Of a DNA stretch of 62,076 nucleotides, positions 21,413 through 31,723 are shown one piece after another (within the stretch, counting starts at the first letter, position 1; every line of letters begins with the position of its first letter). The position numbers were made by a program, and so were the translations under genes. The DNA is from an uncultured Erysipelotrichaceae bacterium (lineage in GTDB: Bacteria; Bacillota_I; Bacilli_A; RFN20; CAG-826), in the NCBI GenBank assembly GCA_902800645.1, contig CADCFC010000001.1:188907-250982 (forward strand), given 5' to 3'. Under the pieces are notes generated by a model. That model saw only the letters and a list, made by a program, of their open reading frames with translations. It did no database searches and was not told where the DNA came from.

Positions 21413-21955
21413 ATGTTAATGGAACAACGTGAATATAGAAATGATAGAAAAATAAAAAGCGATGTTAAGAAACTGTATGTTTCTGCTTTTCCTAAAAATG
21501 AAAGGCCTCCAGTTCATTATTTCTTTAAAAGCGCGTTAAAAGGAAATAATAAACTAATCGCTTATTATGAGGAAAACGAATTCATTGGTTTTACCTACTT
21601 ATCGTATTATAAAGACATTTGTTATATCTTCTTTTTGGCGGTAAGTGAATCTAAAAGAAACATGGGTTATGGATCTAAAATTATTAACCAAATAAAAAGG
21701 GATAATTCAGATTATGTTTTACTTCTTTGTTATGAAGAAGTCGATGAAAAATATGTTGACTATGAAAACCGTAAAAATAGAGAGAAGTTCTATCTTAAAA
21801 ACGGTTTTAAAAACAATGAATTAAAAACAAACGAATTTGGAGTTATATTCCAAACTGCATATATAGGTAAACACAAAGTTAAAATAGAAGATTATATTGA
21901 AATATTTGTTTTAGGTTTTGGAGAATTAGCTAGAAAGTATATCAAAGAAGCATAA
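21413..21955 (+). CDS. GNAT N-acetyltransferase
   Basis: AFPKNER, FLAVSESKRNMGYGS, FYLKNGF. Confidence 0.88.
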   Translation: MLMEQREYRNDRKIKSDVKKLYVSAFPKNERPPVHYFFKSALKGNNKLIAYYEENEFIGFTYLSYYKDICYIFFLAVSESKRNMGYGSKIINQIKRDNSDYVLLLCYEEVDEKYVDYENRKNREKFYLKNGFKNNELKTNEFGVIFQTAYIGKHKVKIEDYIEIFVLGFGELARKYIKEA

Positions 21956-21966
21956 AAAAACTGACT

Positions 21967-23097
21967 TTATAAATCAGTTCTTTTGCCTTTATAGTAAGTG
22001 GAATGAATTAATCCTCCACCTAGACATATATCATTTAAATAGAAGACTGCGGCTTGACCAGGAGTCACGGCTTTATAAGGTTCATCGAACTTAAGTTCGA
22101 CAGTATCACTATCAACATAATGTATTGTCACCCCATTATCGCATTGACGATAACGGAATTTGACATTGATATGTTCTCCTTCTTTAGGTTTGAAACTTAT
22201 GAAATTCAAATCAGTAACTAAACAAGAATCACTATTAAGGAGTTCATTCTCGCTTCCACTAGCGACATAAAGAATATTGTTTTTCACATCTTTTTTAACA
22301 ACAAACCAGCCTTTAGCGACTTCGTTAGCAATTCCACCAATACCAAGTCCTCTTCTTTGTCCGATTGTATAGTACATTACTCCTTCATGAGTTCCAATCA
22401 CTCGATTAGTGGCGTAATCAACAATATTACCTTTTTTAGCAGGAATATAATTTTTAAGGAATTCTTTAAAGTTTCTCTCTCCGATAAAACACACTCCTGT
22501 GCTATCTTTTTTATCAGCGATTTCAAGATCTAAATCATGAGCGATTTTTCTAACCTCTTTTTTATCAATATCACCAAGAGGAAATAAGGCGTATTTAAGC
22601 TGCTCTTGAGAAATTTGAGAAAGGAAATATGTCTGATCTTTGTTTTGGTCAAATGACTTACATAAATAAGCAACACCATTCTCATCTTTTCTTTTCGCAT
22701 AGTGTCCCATCGCAATCATATCAAAGCCCTTTTCTTTAGCGAATTTTAAAAAGGCGTCGAATTTTATATATTTGTTGCAAAAAATATCAGGGTTAGGAGT
22801 TCTTCCGACTTCATATTCTCTTATTAAATAAGAGAAAACATCATCCCAATACTCCTTAACAAAGTCTATTCTAAGTAGAGGAATATCGAGTTTAGCAGCG
22901 ACTTTAACCGCATCATCATAGTCTGCTTCTTGAGGGCATTGACTGTTATTGATGTTTGGATTACCTAAATAGTCCCCATTAGCAAGGCTATCCCAGTTAC
23001 GCATAAAACAAGCAGTAACATCATATCCTTCTTTTTTAAGAAGATACGCCGCAACCGCACTATCAACGCCACCAGAAAGGCCAACTAAAACTTTCAT
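21967..23097 (-). CDS. mnmA: tRNA 2-thiouridine(34) synthase
   Basis: SGGVDS, TPNPDIFCN, KDQTYFL, KDSTGVCFIG, YTIGQRRGL, TPGQ. Confidence 0.98.
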   Translation of the reverse strand: MKVLVGLSGGVDSAVAAYLLKKEGYDVTACFMRNWDSLANGDYLGNPNINNSQCPQEADYDDAVKVAAKLDIPLLRIDFVKEYWDDVFSYLIREYEVGRTPNPDIFCNKYIKFDAFLKFAKEKGFDMIAMGHYAKRKDENGVAYLCKSFDQNKDQTYFLSQISQEQLKYALFPLGDIDKKEVRKIAHDLDLEIADKKDSTGVCFIGERNFKEFLKNYIPAKKGNIVDYATNRVIGTHEGVMYYTIGQRRGLGIGGIANEVAKGWFVVKKDVKNNILYVASGSENELLNSDSCLVTDLNFISFKPKEGEHINVKFRYRQCDNGVTIHYVDSDTVELKFDEPYKAVTPGQAAVFYLNDICLGGGLIHSTYYKGKRTDL

Positions 23098-23550
23098 CTA
23101 AAACAAATCCTTACTATCAAGTACCAAAGTAAATGGGCCATCATTAATCGAATGGACTTTCATATCAGCACCAAAAACGCCGGTAGAAATCTCTAGTCTA
23201 GATAAATGTCTTAATTCCTCATTAAAATAATCGTAAAGAATTTCGGCTTCATGTGGTCTCATTGCTTCAACAAAAGAAGGACGTCTTCCACCTTTGGTGT
23301 TCGCATATAAAGTGAATTGAGAAATGGAGAGGATATTTCCTTTAACATCAAACAAGGACAAATTTATTTGTCCATGTTCGTCTGGAAACACTCTTAATTT
23401 CAAAATCTTGTCTGCCATTTTTGAGACGATTTCTTTATCATCTCCATCAGTAAAACCGACAAGTAAAAGGTAACCGTTAGAAATGCTTCCAACGGTCTTC
23501 CCTAATATATCTACGTGTGCTTCTTTAACTGTTTGTAAAATAACTTTCAT
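23098..23550 (-). CDS. dtd: D-aminoacyl-tRNA deacylase
   Basis: SQFTL, GRRPSF, FGADM, NDGPFT. Confidence 0.97.
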   Translation of the reverse strand: MKVILQTVKEAHVDILGKTVGSISNGYLLLVGFTDGDDKEIVSKMADKILKLRVFPDEHGQINLSLFDVKGNILSISQFTLYANTKGGRRPSFVEAMRPHEAEILYDYFNEELRHLSRLEISTGVFGADMKVHSINDGPFTLVLDSKDLF

Positions 23551-24863
23551 TATCTAATAATTTCACGGATGACTGGTAAAACAGGTACTTCTTCGTTTGA
23601 AAAATCATACGCTGCTCTAATTTCATCTAAGACAGGGAGATATTCTTCTTCACTCTTATTTGTATAAACCGTGCATAGTAAATCACCTTTATTAACTTTA
23701 GCACCAACTTTACACGCTAAAACAATACCTGCGCTCATATCAATAACATCATCAAGGGTTTCTCTACCAGCGCCGAGTTTCATGGCACTGACACCGATTT
23801 CAAGAGCGTCAATCTCTTTAATGTATCCATCGTGTTGGCTTCTAATTTCAATAATTTTCTTAGCTACTTCAAACTTCTCAGGGTGTTCGATATAAGAAAC
23901 GTCTCCGCCTTGTGCTTCAACCATTAAGCAAAGTTTCTCGAAAGCTTTTCCATTAGCGACAACTTCATGAAGTTTTTCTCTAGCTTCTTCAATAGTGTCA
24001 CAAACCTTAGCTTGAGTAAGCATAATGCTACCAGAGGTATAACATAATTCCATTAAATCTTCTGGACCTTCTCCATGTAAAGAAGCAATAGCTTCTTTCA
24101 CTTCAAGACTATTACCAACCGCCATACCTAATGGTTCACTCATATCAGATAAAACAGCGACGGTATTTCTATTTAAAGAATTACCAATATTAACCATAGT
24201 TCTAGCGAGTTCTCTAGCCATATCCATGTTCTTCATAAATGCGCCTTCACCAACGGTGACATCTAGAAGAATTGCATCAGTTCCACTAGCAAGTTTTTTA
24301 CTCATAACGCTAGCGGCAATTAATGGAATGGATTCAACAGTACCAGTAACGTCTCTTAAGGCGTACATTTTTTTATCAGCAGGAACAAGCGAGCTTGTTT
24401 GGCCAATAATTGCTAAACCAATACGGTTGACTTGTTCGATCATTTGTTCCTTAGTCTTAGCAATAATCATATTTGGAATGGATTCAAGTTTATCAAGTGT
24501 TCCACCTGTGTGGCCTAATCCACGTCCACTCATCTTGGCCATTTTGCCACCGACAGCGGCAACCATTGGTCCTAAGACCAAAGATGTCTTGTCTCCAACT
24601 CCACCTGTACTATGTTTGTCGACCTTAATACCTTCAATTGCGGATAAATCAATGACTTCTCCGCTATGTTCCATACAATCGGTTAATGTTGCGATTTCTC
24701 TTTTAGACATTCCTCTAAAATAAATAGCCATACACATCGCACTAGATTGATAATCAGTTACTTCACCTTTAACATATCCATCAATCCAGAATTTAATTTC
24801 TTCATCGCTAAGTTCTTGGCCATCGCGTTTTTTGATTATCAAATCAACCATTCTCATATGCAA
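23550..24863 (-). CDS. pdp: Pyrimidine-nucleoside phosphorylase
   Basis: DKHSTGGVGDK, KMSGRGLGHTGGTLDKLE, LGAGR; start probably at MRMVD. Confidence 0.96.
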   Translation of the reverse strand: MHMRMVDLIIKKRDGQELSDEEIKFWIDGYVKGEVTDYQSSAMCMAIYFRGMSKREIATLTDCMEHSGEVIDLSAIEGIKVDKHSTGGVGDKTSLVLGPMVAAVGGKMAKMSGRGLGHTGGTLDKLESIPNMIIAKTKEQMIEQVNRIGLAIIGQTSSLVPADKKMYALRDVTGTVESIPLIAASVMSKKLASGTDAILLDVTVGEGAFMKNMDMARELARTMVNIGNSLNRNTVAVLSDMSEPLGMAVGNSLEVKEAIASLHGEGPEDLMELCYTSGSIMLTQAKVCDTIEEAREKLHEVVANGKAFEKLCLMVEAQGGDVSYIEHPEKFEVAKKIIEIRSQHDGYIKEIDALEIGVSAMKLGAGRETLDDVIDMSAGIVLACKVGAKVNKGDLLCTVYTNKSEEEYLPVLDEIRAAYDFSNEEVPVLPVIREIIR

Positions 24864-24928
24864 ATTACCTCATTTATTACTTTATCACAATTAATGTATT
24901 TTATACATTTTTAATTTATAATTAGGTC

Positions 24929-26212
24929 ATGGATTTTTTAGAGCATTTAAAATCATCTCTTCCAGAAAAAGAAGCATATCAGTTATATGAGTCTTTTGAT
25001 TATGATGACTCGCATGCTGTGCTTTTAAACACAAACAAAATTAGTGATGAAAAATTCATATCTTTATTCCCTAACGTCAAACCTCACCCATATGTGCCAC
25101 ATGCATATATATACGATAAAAACGAATATCCATTAGGAAAAAGTGTTTATCATGAGCTTGGTTATTTCTATTTACAAGAACCGAGCGCAATGATTGTTAG
25201 TGGTCTAATCAACTTCAAAAATAATGATCTAGTCCTTGATATGTGTGCCGCTCCTGGAGGAAAAAGTGTTCAAGCTTCTTTAAAAATGAAAGGGAATGGT
25301 CTCATCATTTCTAACGACTTATCAACTTCTAGAGCAAAATTAATTTCTAATAACTCTGAAAGATTAGGACTAAGAAATTTGTTAATAACGAATAATGACT
25401 TTTCAAAAATCTATGATTTTTATTTAAATACTTTTGACGTCATCATTTTAGACGCTCCATGTTCTGGAAGTGGAATGTTTAGAAAGAATGAATTAATGAA
25501 AGAAGACTGGTCAATAAACAAAGTTTACAAATTCAGTGAAATACAAAAAGAATTAATATCTATTGCATATAAAATGCTTAAACCAGGTGGACTATTGTCA
25601 TATTCAACTTGCTCCTATTCCAAGGAAGAAAATGAGGATGTAATATCCTATCTATTAGAAAATAGTGATGCACAAGTAAGAGATATTAATCTTAAAGATG
25701 GCTACGTCAATGAATTATCTCCTATTGGAATTAGATTAATGCCTTCACATTTTTTTGGAGAAGGCCAATATATTTGTCATATAAGTAAGCCAGGAAATAG
25801 CGAAGAAACCAAATTTAAAAATTCAAATAGAAGTGAAAGGCTCGTTTCTAGTTATGCTACTTACGATGTTAAAAGATTTGGAGAAAGCCTTTTTGCTATT
25901 TCTAATATCATAGATATTAAGAAGCTAAATGTCATTAGATATGGCGTGAAAATTGGAGAAGAACATAAGGGAATTTTTAAATACGATTTGCATTACGCAA
26001 GATCGTTAACGATAAAAGATGAATTTCCAAGAGTTGAGTTAAACGAAGAAGAACTCAGATTATATTTAGAAGGAAATCAGTTAACTAAAGAGAGTAAAAA
26101 TAAAGGGTATGTTTTACTGACATACCACAATAACTCTATTGATATCGCTAAAACCGATGGACGAGTAATAAAGAATTATTATCCGAAAGGTTTAAGAAGA
26201 AAATTTATTTAA
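24929..26212 (+). CDS. rsmF: RsmF/NOL1-family rRNA cytosine-C5 methyltransferase
   Basis: YLQEPSAM, DMCAAPGGKS, DAPCSG, YSTCS, KNYYPKGLR. Confidence 0.88.
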   Translation: MDFLEHLKSSLPEKEAYQLYESFDYDDSHAVLLNTNKISDEKFISLFPNVKPHPYVPHAYIYDKNEYPLGKSVYHELGYFYLQEPSAMIVSGLINFKNNDLVLDMCAAPGGKSVQASLKMKGNGLIISNDLSTSRAKLISNNSERLGLRNLLITNNDFSKIYDFYLNTFDVIILDAPCSGSGMFRKNELMKEDWSINKVYKFSEIQKELISIAYKMLKPGGLLSYSTCSYSKEENEDVISYLLENSDAQVRDINLKDGYVNELSPIGIRLMPSHFFGEGQYICHISKPGNSEETKFKNSNRSERLVSSYATYDVKRFGESLFAISNIIDIKKLNVIRYGVKIGEEHKGIFKYDLHYARSLTIKDEFPRVELNEEELRLYLEGNQLTKESKNKGYVLLTYHNNSIDIAKTDGRVIKNYYPKGLRRKFI

Positions 26213-26990
26213 CGCGATTAAAGCGATAATATTTATCACCTAACGCAGTCATGTTTTTATGATCGAGAGGTTTAGCGAAGAAGCTGACCTCTTTTTGAAT
26301 TCCGCTTTGGATAATTTTAGCAACTTCTTCAGTGGTTTTTCCTTCGTATTCACTAGGATAAATAGGTTTCAAATATTTAATGAATGTAGGATATCTTTTA
26401 TAGGAGTGCTTTAAATCTAATAATCTAAATGTACCATAACTAACTACAGGCACTAAAGGGACATTAGCTTTCATTGCCGCTCTAAAGGTTCCGTGATGAA
26501 AAGGAAGGAGCTTATTCATCGGATCTTTATTTCTTGTTCCTTCTGGATAAATCACCCAGTTAATCGATTGATTTTTAAGTGAATCTTGAACTTTCATCAT
26601 CACTTTTAATTGCTGTTTTAAATCTGTTCTATTCAAAAATAATCCATCAATTGAAGAAAAAATTCTTCCAACTAGCGGCATCTTTTTTATTTCTTCTTTA
26701 GCGACAAAAGTAACTGGTTTATCCATCGTTTCAATAAATAAAAGTGGATCGACAGCAGCTAAGTGGTTGCAGTAAAAACAAGACACTTCGTCTGGAATAT
26801 TTTCCTTACCAAAAACTTCAACATCAAGCCTTAGGGCTTTGTTAACTTTCAAAATAAGTTTTCTAACAGTGTTATATCTTTTATTTATCGGCGTTTTTTC
26901 TGGATGATTTGAATAACGGAAAATCCAGGTAATCATCGACCATATTAATCTTGGAAAAAGTAATAAAACTGCTCTAATTAAGTGCCACAT
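26205..26990 (-). CDS. plsC: 1-acyl-sn-glycerol-3-phosphate acyltransferase
   Basis: NHLAAVD, FVAK, YPEGTR. Confidence 0.88.
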   Translation of the reverse strand: MWHLIRAVLLLFPRLIWSMITWIFRYSNHPEKTPINKRYNTVRKLILKVNKALRLDVEVFGKENIPDEVSCFYCNHLAAVDPLLFIETMDKPVTFVAKEEIKKMPLVGRIFSSIDGLFLNRTDLKQQLKVMMKVQDSLKNQSINWVIYPEGTRNKDPMNKLLPFHHGTFRAAMKANVPLVPVVSYGTFRLLDLKHSYKRYPTFIKYLKPIYPSEYEGKTTEEVAKIIQSGIQKEVSFFAKPLDHKNMTALGDKYYRFNRVK

Positions 26991-26992
26991 AA

Positions 26993-29062
26993 TTATTTAG
27001 TTACGATTTCAAGAGCTAAACCTGGAATAAGGAAAGATTTCACAAAATTTGATTCACCCTTAACTATTCCGTGCCTTGAAAAATAATGCTTGTAGTAATC
27101 TTCGAGTTCAATGACCAAATTTTCTTCAGTTGGATTAATCAAAATTAAGGCTTCTTGAGAATCAATTAATAAATCCTTACCTTTAATTTTTACCGTTAAT
27201 AAGCCGTTTGGAAGATGGTTCACTTCTATGTTGTCTCTAAAATTATGTAGGTTATTGTACGAAGCGTAGTTAAGCGATTTCCTAACCTTAATAAGATCGC
27301 TTAAGTAATTAACCATGTCTTTCCTCTCTTCGACAAGTTCCCAATTCATATTATTAATTTTTGGAATGTTATATGTGTTATCTAGTAATTCTTTTGATAA
27401 ACCAATTTCTTGGCCCATATGAATAAATGGCACACCATAAGATAAAATAGTAATCGCATTAGCGAGTTTTACTCTTTTTAAGCAAGTATCAAGGTTATCA
27501 TCGAAATAACTAACCTTATCAAACAAAGTTTGATTATCGTGACATTCAACATAGTTTATCGATTGATTTGAACTAGCGTATCTATTTGAGAGCAGCCCGC
27601 CAAATAAAGAATCATCAATATCAAAATAATTATTCGTATTACCCAATATATATCCAGGCGAATATTTTTCAAAAGTCGATCCTTTGATTACTTCGCGGAA
27701 TTTATCATTAAAGAAGCCCATTTCTGGAATGAGATGAGAATTATCACTGCTAGTTTTTTGTTCAGCTTTAAGTTCAACCCCCATGTTCCAGCCTTCACCA
27801 TAAAGAATCGCATCTTTTTTAACTTCGTCACGAATTCTAACGATTTCCTTACTAGTATCAATATCAATTAAACCAAGAAGATCAAATCTAAAGCCATCAA
27901 CATCAAATACTTCTAAGAAATATCTAATAGAGTCACAAATTATTCTTCTCACCATGCTTCTTTCGCTAGCAACATCATTACCACACCCAGAAGCGTTGGC
28001 CATTTTTTTACCGTTCTTTCTAAAATAATAATAAGGAACATTCTTTTGAAAATCAGTGGTTATATAATCATATAAATGATTATAAACAACATCCATTACC
28101 ACTCTTATATCGTTTTTATGTAACTCATTAACTAAGGTTTTAAATTCTAATAGTCTAGCGAGTCCACTTTCTGGATAAGCACTATAGCTTCCTTCTAAAG
28201 CAAAAAAGCTAATTGGGTTATATCCCCAGTTATAACGGTCTTTCTCAATATCATCAACGTCATCGAAATCGATAACTGGCAAAATCTGAATGTGAGTAAT
28301 TCCTAACTGTTTCAAATAATCAACTTTCTTTAAGATAGATAAATATGTTCCACTATCAGTAATCTTTTTATCACCCTCGGTAAAATCTCTAATATGAAGT
28401 TCATAAATGATCGCGTCACTATATGAATTCATTTTTGTTTTTGGTTTAATCGTTCCTAAAGATAAAACATCATTAATATCAATAACAACAGATGTTTCAC
28501 TGTTTAATCCAACAGCCTTACCGTAAGGATCATTAATTTCTTTTTGTAAATTGTTTTGATAGATAACATACTTATATTTTTTAAGTAACAAGTCCCCTTT
28601 TACACGAATCGAAAACACCCCGTTTTCTTTTCTTTTCATTGGTAATACTAAGAAGGAGTTTTCACCATTTTCAATCTTAAGATTGATCTTTTCACTTAAT
28701 GGTGACCAAAGTCTAAAAATAGATTCTTCTTTACTATATTCAAGGCCAAGCTTTCCGTTATAAGTATATAAAGAAGCAAATTCATTTGTTGTTACATAGT
28801 AGTCATATCTTAAAAATAAGTCATCGTCTTCGTTAGTTTTGATTTTATAAACATGTCCGAGTTCAATTGGCTCTTCACTCACTAAATCAATAGAGAAGAT
28901 TTGGTTATGGTTTTTGACACTTTCCTTTTTTAAAGGAAAAGAAACGTTATCTTTCACTAAAGAGAAAGTAACACCACTAACATCATCACTAATAAAAGAG
29001 ACTGAGATATGGTTATTTTCTTTTAAAACTGCACTTATAAATTGATTGTCCATATTAATCAA
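26993..29062 (-). CDS. pulA: Type I pullulanase (GH13)
   Basis: YNWGYNP, DVVYNH, DGFRFDL, YGEGW, NYVECHDN. Confidence 0.9.
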   Translation of the reverse strand: MINMDNQFISAVLKENNHISVSFISDDVSGVTFSLVKDNVSFPLKKESVKNHNQIFSIDLVSEEPIELGHVYKIKTNEDDDLFLRYDYYVTTNEFASLYTYNGKLGLEYSKEESIFRLWSPLSEKINLKIENGENSFLVLPMKRKENGVFSIRVKGDLLLKKYKYVIYQNNLQKEINDPYGKAVGLNSETSVVIDINDVLSLGTIKPKTKMNSYSDAIIYELHIRDFTEGDKKITDSGTYLSILKKVDYLKQLGITHIQILPVIDFDDVDDIEKDRYNWGYNPISFFALEGSYSAYPESGLARLLEFKTLVNELHKNDIRVVMDVVYNHLYDYITTDFQKNVPYYYFRKNGKKMANASGCGNDVASERSMVRRIICDSIRYFLEVFDVDGFRFDLLGLIDIDTSKEIVRIRDEVKKDAILYGEGWNMGVELKAEQKTSSDNSHLIPEMGFFNDKFREVIKGSTFEKYSPGYILGNTNNYFDIDDSLFGGLLSNRYASSNQSINYVECHDNQTLFDKVSYFDDNLDTCLKRVKLANAITILSYGVPFIHMGQEIGLSKELLDNTYNIPKINNMNWELVEERKDMVNYLSDLIKVRKSLNYASYNNLHNFRDNIEVNHLPNGLLTVKIKGKDLLIDSQEALILINPTEENLVIELEDYYKHYFSRHGIVKGESNFVKSFLIPGLALEIVTK

Positions 29063-31658
29063 TTAACTCTCCACTACTTACAGAATCATAGCCACGATTA
29101 GCTAAATCGATTTCGTCATGGACTAAAACTCTACAACCTTTTGAGCTGCCATCTTGCTCAGTAGAAACAATTCCTTCTTTTTGTAGTCTAATAAAGAAGC
29201 GGCCAGCTCTATTAAAGCCAACAGAACATTCTCTTTGAATTCTACTCATGGAAACGAATTGTTGAGTCATCGCCCATTCCTTGATTGATTGATATTTATT
29301 CTCTTCTTCAGCGTTTGTTTCTTTTTCAACTTCACCAGGAGCTAAAACGTTAACAGTTGGTTCTTTAGAATGATCGACAAGATCTAAATAATTAGGATCA
29401 TAATGTGTTTCGTAATGTTCTTTTAAATAGTTCACTATGTGAACAATTTCTTTATTTTGAATAAAGCATCCTTGTAAACGAGTAACTCCAACACGGCTAA
29501 CTAGAGGGGACTGAACAAGCATATCACCTTTACCAAGTAATTTTTCAGCGCCACCTTCTCCAATAATTGTCATAGAATCGGTGTAACTACTCGTCATAAG
29601 CGCGACGTGAGTTGGTAAGTTGCCTTTAATAACACCGGTAATAACATTAGTCGATGGTCTTTGAGTGGAGATAAGTAAGTGAATGCCAGCGCTTCTTGCC
29701 TTTTGAGCTATAGAAACAACTGGTTGAGAAATCTCCTTACAGTTATCAACTAAATCCGCATATTCATCTAATACCGCAATAATATATGGAATTGTAGGCT
29801 CGTTATTTTCTTTTGCCCAAGCATTATATTGCTTAATATCACTAATCTCTGGATTAGTCATAAAGAGCTCATAACGTCTTTCCATTTCTTCCACTAATTT
29901 TTGTAAACAAACTTTGGCTTTCTCGGCCTCAGTAATAATTGGACATAATAGATGAGGCATATTCGCGTATTTAGTCATTTCAACTTTCTTAGGATCAACT
30001 AAAACAATCTTTAAATCATCAGGGCTATTCTTCATGATTAAAGTCGCGATAATTGAGTGGACATAAATGGATTTACCACTTCCAGTGGTACCAGCGACAA
30101 GAAGGTGTGGGAAATCATTAAAATCTGCGTAAACAACTTTACCAGAAATATCTTTACCAAAGCCAACCGCTAAAGGATGCTTTTTAGTATCAGTTGGTAA
30201 AGCGGTAAATACATCTTTAAAGCTAACTGTAGTAGTCATTGAGTTAGGAACTTCAAATCCAGAATAAGATTCTCCAGGAATGATAGGAACAAATCTAGAA
30301 ACAACTCCTCCTAACCAAACAGAGATTTCTTGTTCAAGTTTTTCGACAGATTTAATCGTGACATTAGGATCATATTCAATAGAGAATCTAGTTACACTAG
30401 AACCAATTGTGTAGCCAACACATCTCGCTCCTACTTTAAAGTTCGCTAAAGTACGATTGATGATTTCTTTTCGCTTTTCCGCAACTTGTTCATTAACTTC
30501 TTGAGCTTCTGCGGTGTCATAAGTCATCAAGATATCTGGTGAAGGTGGAACCCACACCACTCTTTCTATCTTTTTAGGAGTAGGAATAGTTTCTTCCTTC
30601 TTTTCTTCAACTTGATTATTCATCTCATCAAATAAAGAAATCGTATCTTGCATGTCTTTACTAACTTCAAGATTCATAATTGGCTCAGGATTGCTTTCAG
30701 GAAGAGGAACATTTTCTTCGCTATCAAAAGCGTTTTCAACTTCATTAATTTCTTCATTTGCCATTTCTTCGTTTGCTACTGGAGTAGAAGAGGGCATATC
30801 GATTTCAGGTTGCACAATATTTAAAGGACTAACTTCATCATTAGTCAATACTAATGGTGAAAATTCAGAAACTGTATTGTTTACGTTATTATTAACTATT
30901 TGTCCATTAGAGAAGTTTTCTTCATTAGATGGGCCTAATCTATCAAAACCACTATTCTCGTTGATAAATGGTTTAGGATCGCTTTCATATCCATATTTAA
31001 TTTCTGGTTTTGGCAATTCTTTTTCTTCGTAGAATGATTCGTTAGTAGCTTCTTCTACATTTTCATCATTCTTTTCTTTTCCACCAAAATGTTTTCTAAG
31101 TAGTTTACTAATAAGAGGAAGAGCAAATAAGAAGGAGGCAATCAATATAAATATAATTGCAATAAAGACAACGATGACGTCGTCGGCAAGTGTTCCAAGA
31201 GTCAACACTCCAACAAGCCCGTATCCTAAATAAGTTGTATTTGCGAATAAGTTAATAGTCTTATTGGTGTTCGCGTACCATCCAGAAAGCTGATAATTAA
31301 ATTCAGCGTTCATGTTCACTAAGTCACCATTTTTAAGTGTTGCCCCAGTGCTTTTAAAGATAATAAATGAGACTAAAGTGGATAGACCAACTAAAGTGAA
31401 GAATAATGCAACAGTAAAAGAGAAACGAGGGAATTTGAATTTCTTCTGTTTAACTATTCGATAAATTCCACTAAAGATTAATAAAGCAGTGATTATATAA
31501 TATGCGGTTCCAAAAAGATAAATAGGAAGGAACGATAAAGTTCTTCCAATTTTACCGACATTAAGAATAAGCATGATACCAAAAAGAACAGAAAATAATC
31601 CTTTGATGATATTTTCTAGTTTAGGTGAAATCTTTTTAATTTCTTTTTCTTCGCCCAT
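29055..31658 (-). CDS. ftsK: DNA translocase FtsK/SpoIIIE
   Basis: N-terminal TMs, PHLLVAGTTGSGKS, DPKKVE, TQRPS, GAEKLLGKGDM, C-terminal gamma domain. Confidence 0.95.
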   Translation of the reverse strand: MGEEKEIKKISPKLENIIKGLFSVLFGIMLILNVGKIGRTLSFLPIYLFGTAYYIITALLIFSGIYRIVKQKKFKFPRFSFTVALFFTLVGLSTLVSFIIFKSTGATLKNGDLVNMNAEFNYQLSGWYANTNKTINLFANTTYLGYGLVGVLTLGTLADDVIVVFIAIIFILIASFLFALPLISKLLRKHFGGKEKNDENVEEATNESFYEEKELPKPEIKYGYESDPKPFINENSGFDRLGPSNEENFSNGQIVNNNVNNTVSEFSPLVLTNDEVSPLNIVQPEIDMPSSTPVANEEMANEEINEVENAFDSEENVPLPESNPEPIMNLEVSKDMQDTISLFDEMNNQVEEKKEETIPTPKKIERVVWVPPSPDILMTYDTAEAQEVNEQVAEKRKEIINRTLANFKVGARCVGYTIGSSVTRFSIEYDPNVTIKSVEKLEQEISVWLGGVVSRFVPIIPGESYSGFEVPNSMTTTVSFKDVFTALPTDTKKHPLAVGFGKDISGKVVYADFNDFPHLLVAGTTGSGKSIYVHSIIATLIMKNSPDDLKIVLVDPKKVEMTKYANMPHLLCPIITEAEKAKVCLQKLVEEMERRYELFMTNPEISDIKQYNAWAKENNEPTIPYIIAVLDEYADLVDNCKEISQPVVSIAQKARSAGIHLLISTQRPSTNVITGVIKGNLPTHVALMTSSYTDSMTIIGEGGAEKLLGKGDMLVQSPLVSRVGVTRLQGCFIQNKEIVHIVNYLKEHYETHYDPNYLDLVDHSKEPTVNVLAPGEVEKETNAEEENKYQSIKEWAMTQQFVSMSRIQRECSVGFNRAGRFFIRLQKEGIVSTEQDGSSKGCRVLVHDEIDLANRGYDSVSSGELID

Positions 31659-31696
31659 ATAAAATAATTATACGCACATGCACACGAAAAATGAAT

Positions 31697-31723
31697 AAAA
31701 AAAGCACAAATTAATGTGCTTTT
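31697..31723 (-). terminator. Intrinsic terminator after the RNase J gene
   Basis: AAAAGCAC...GTGCTTTT stem with T-tract on the minus strand. Confidence 0.6.
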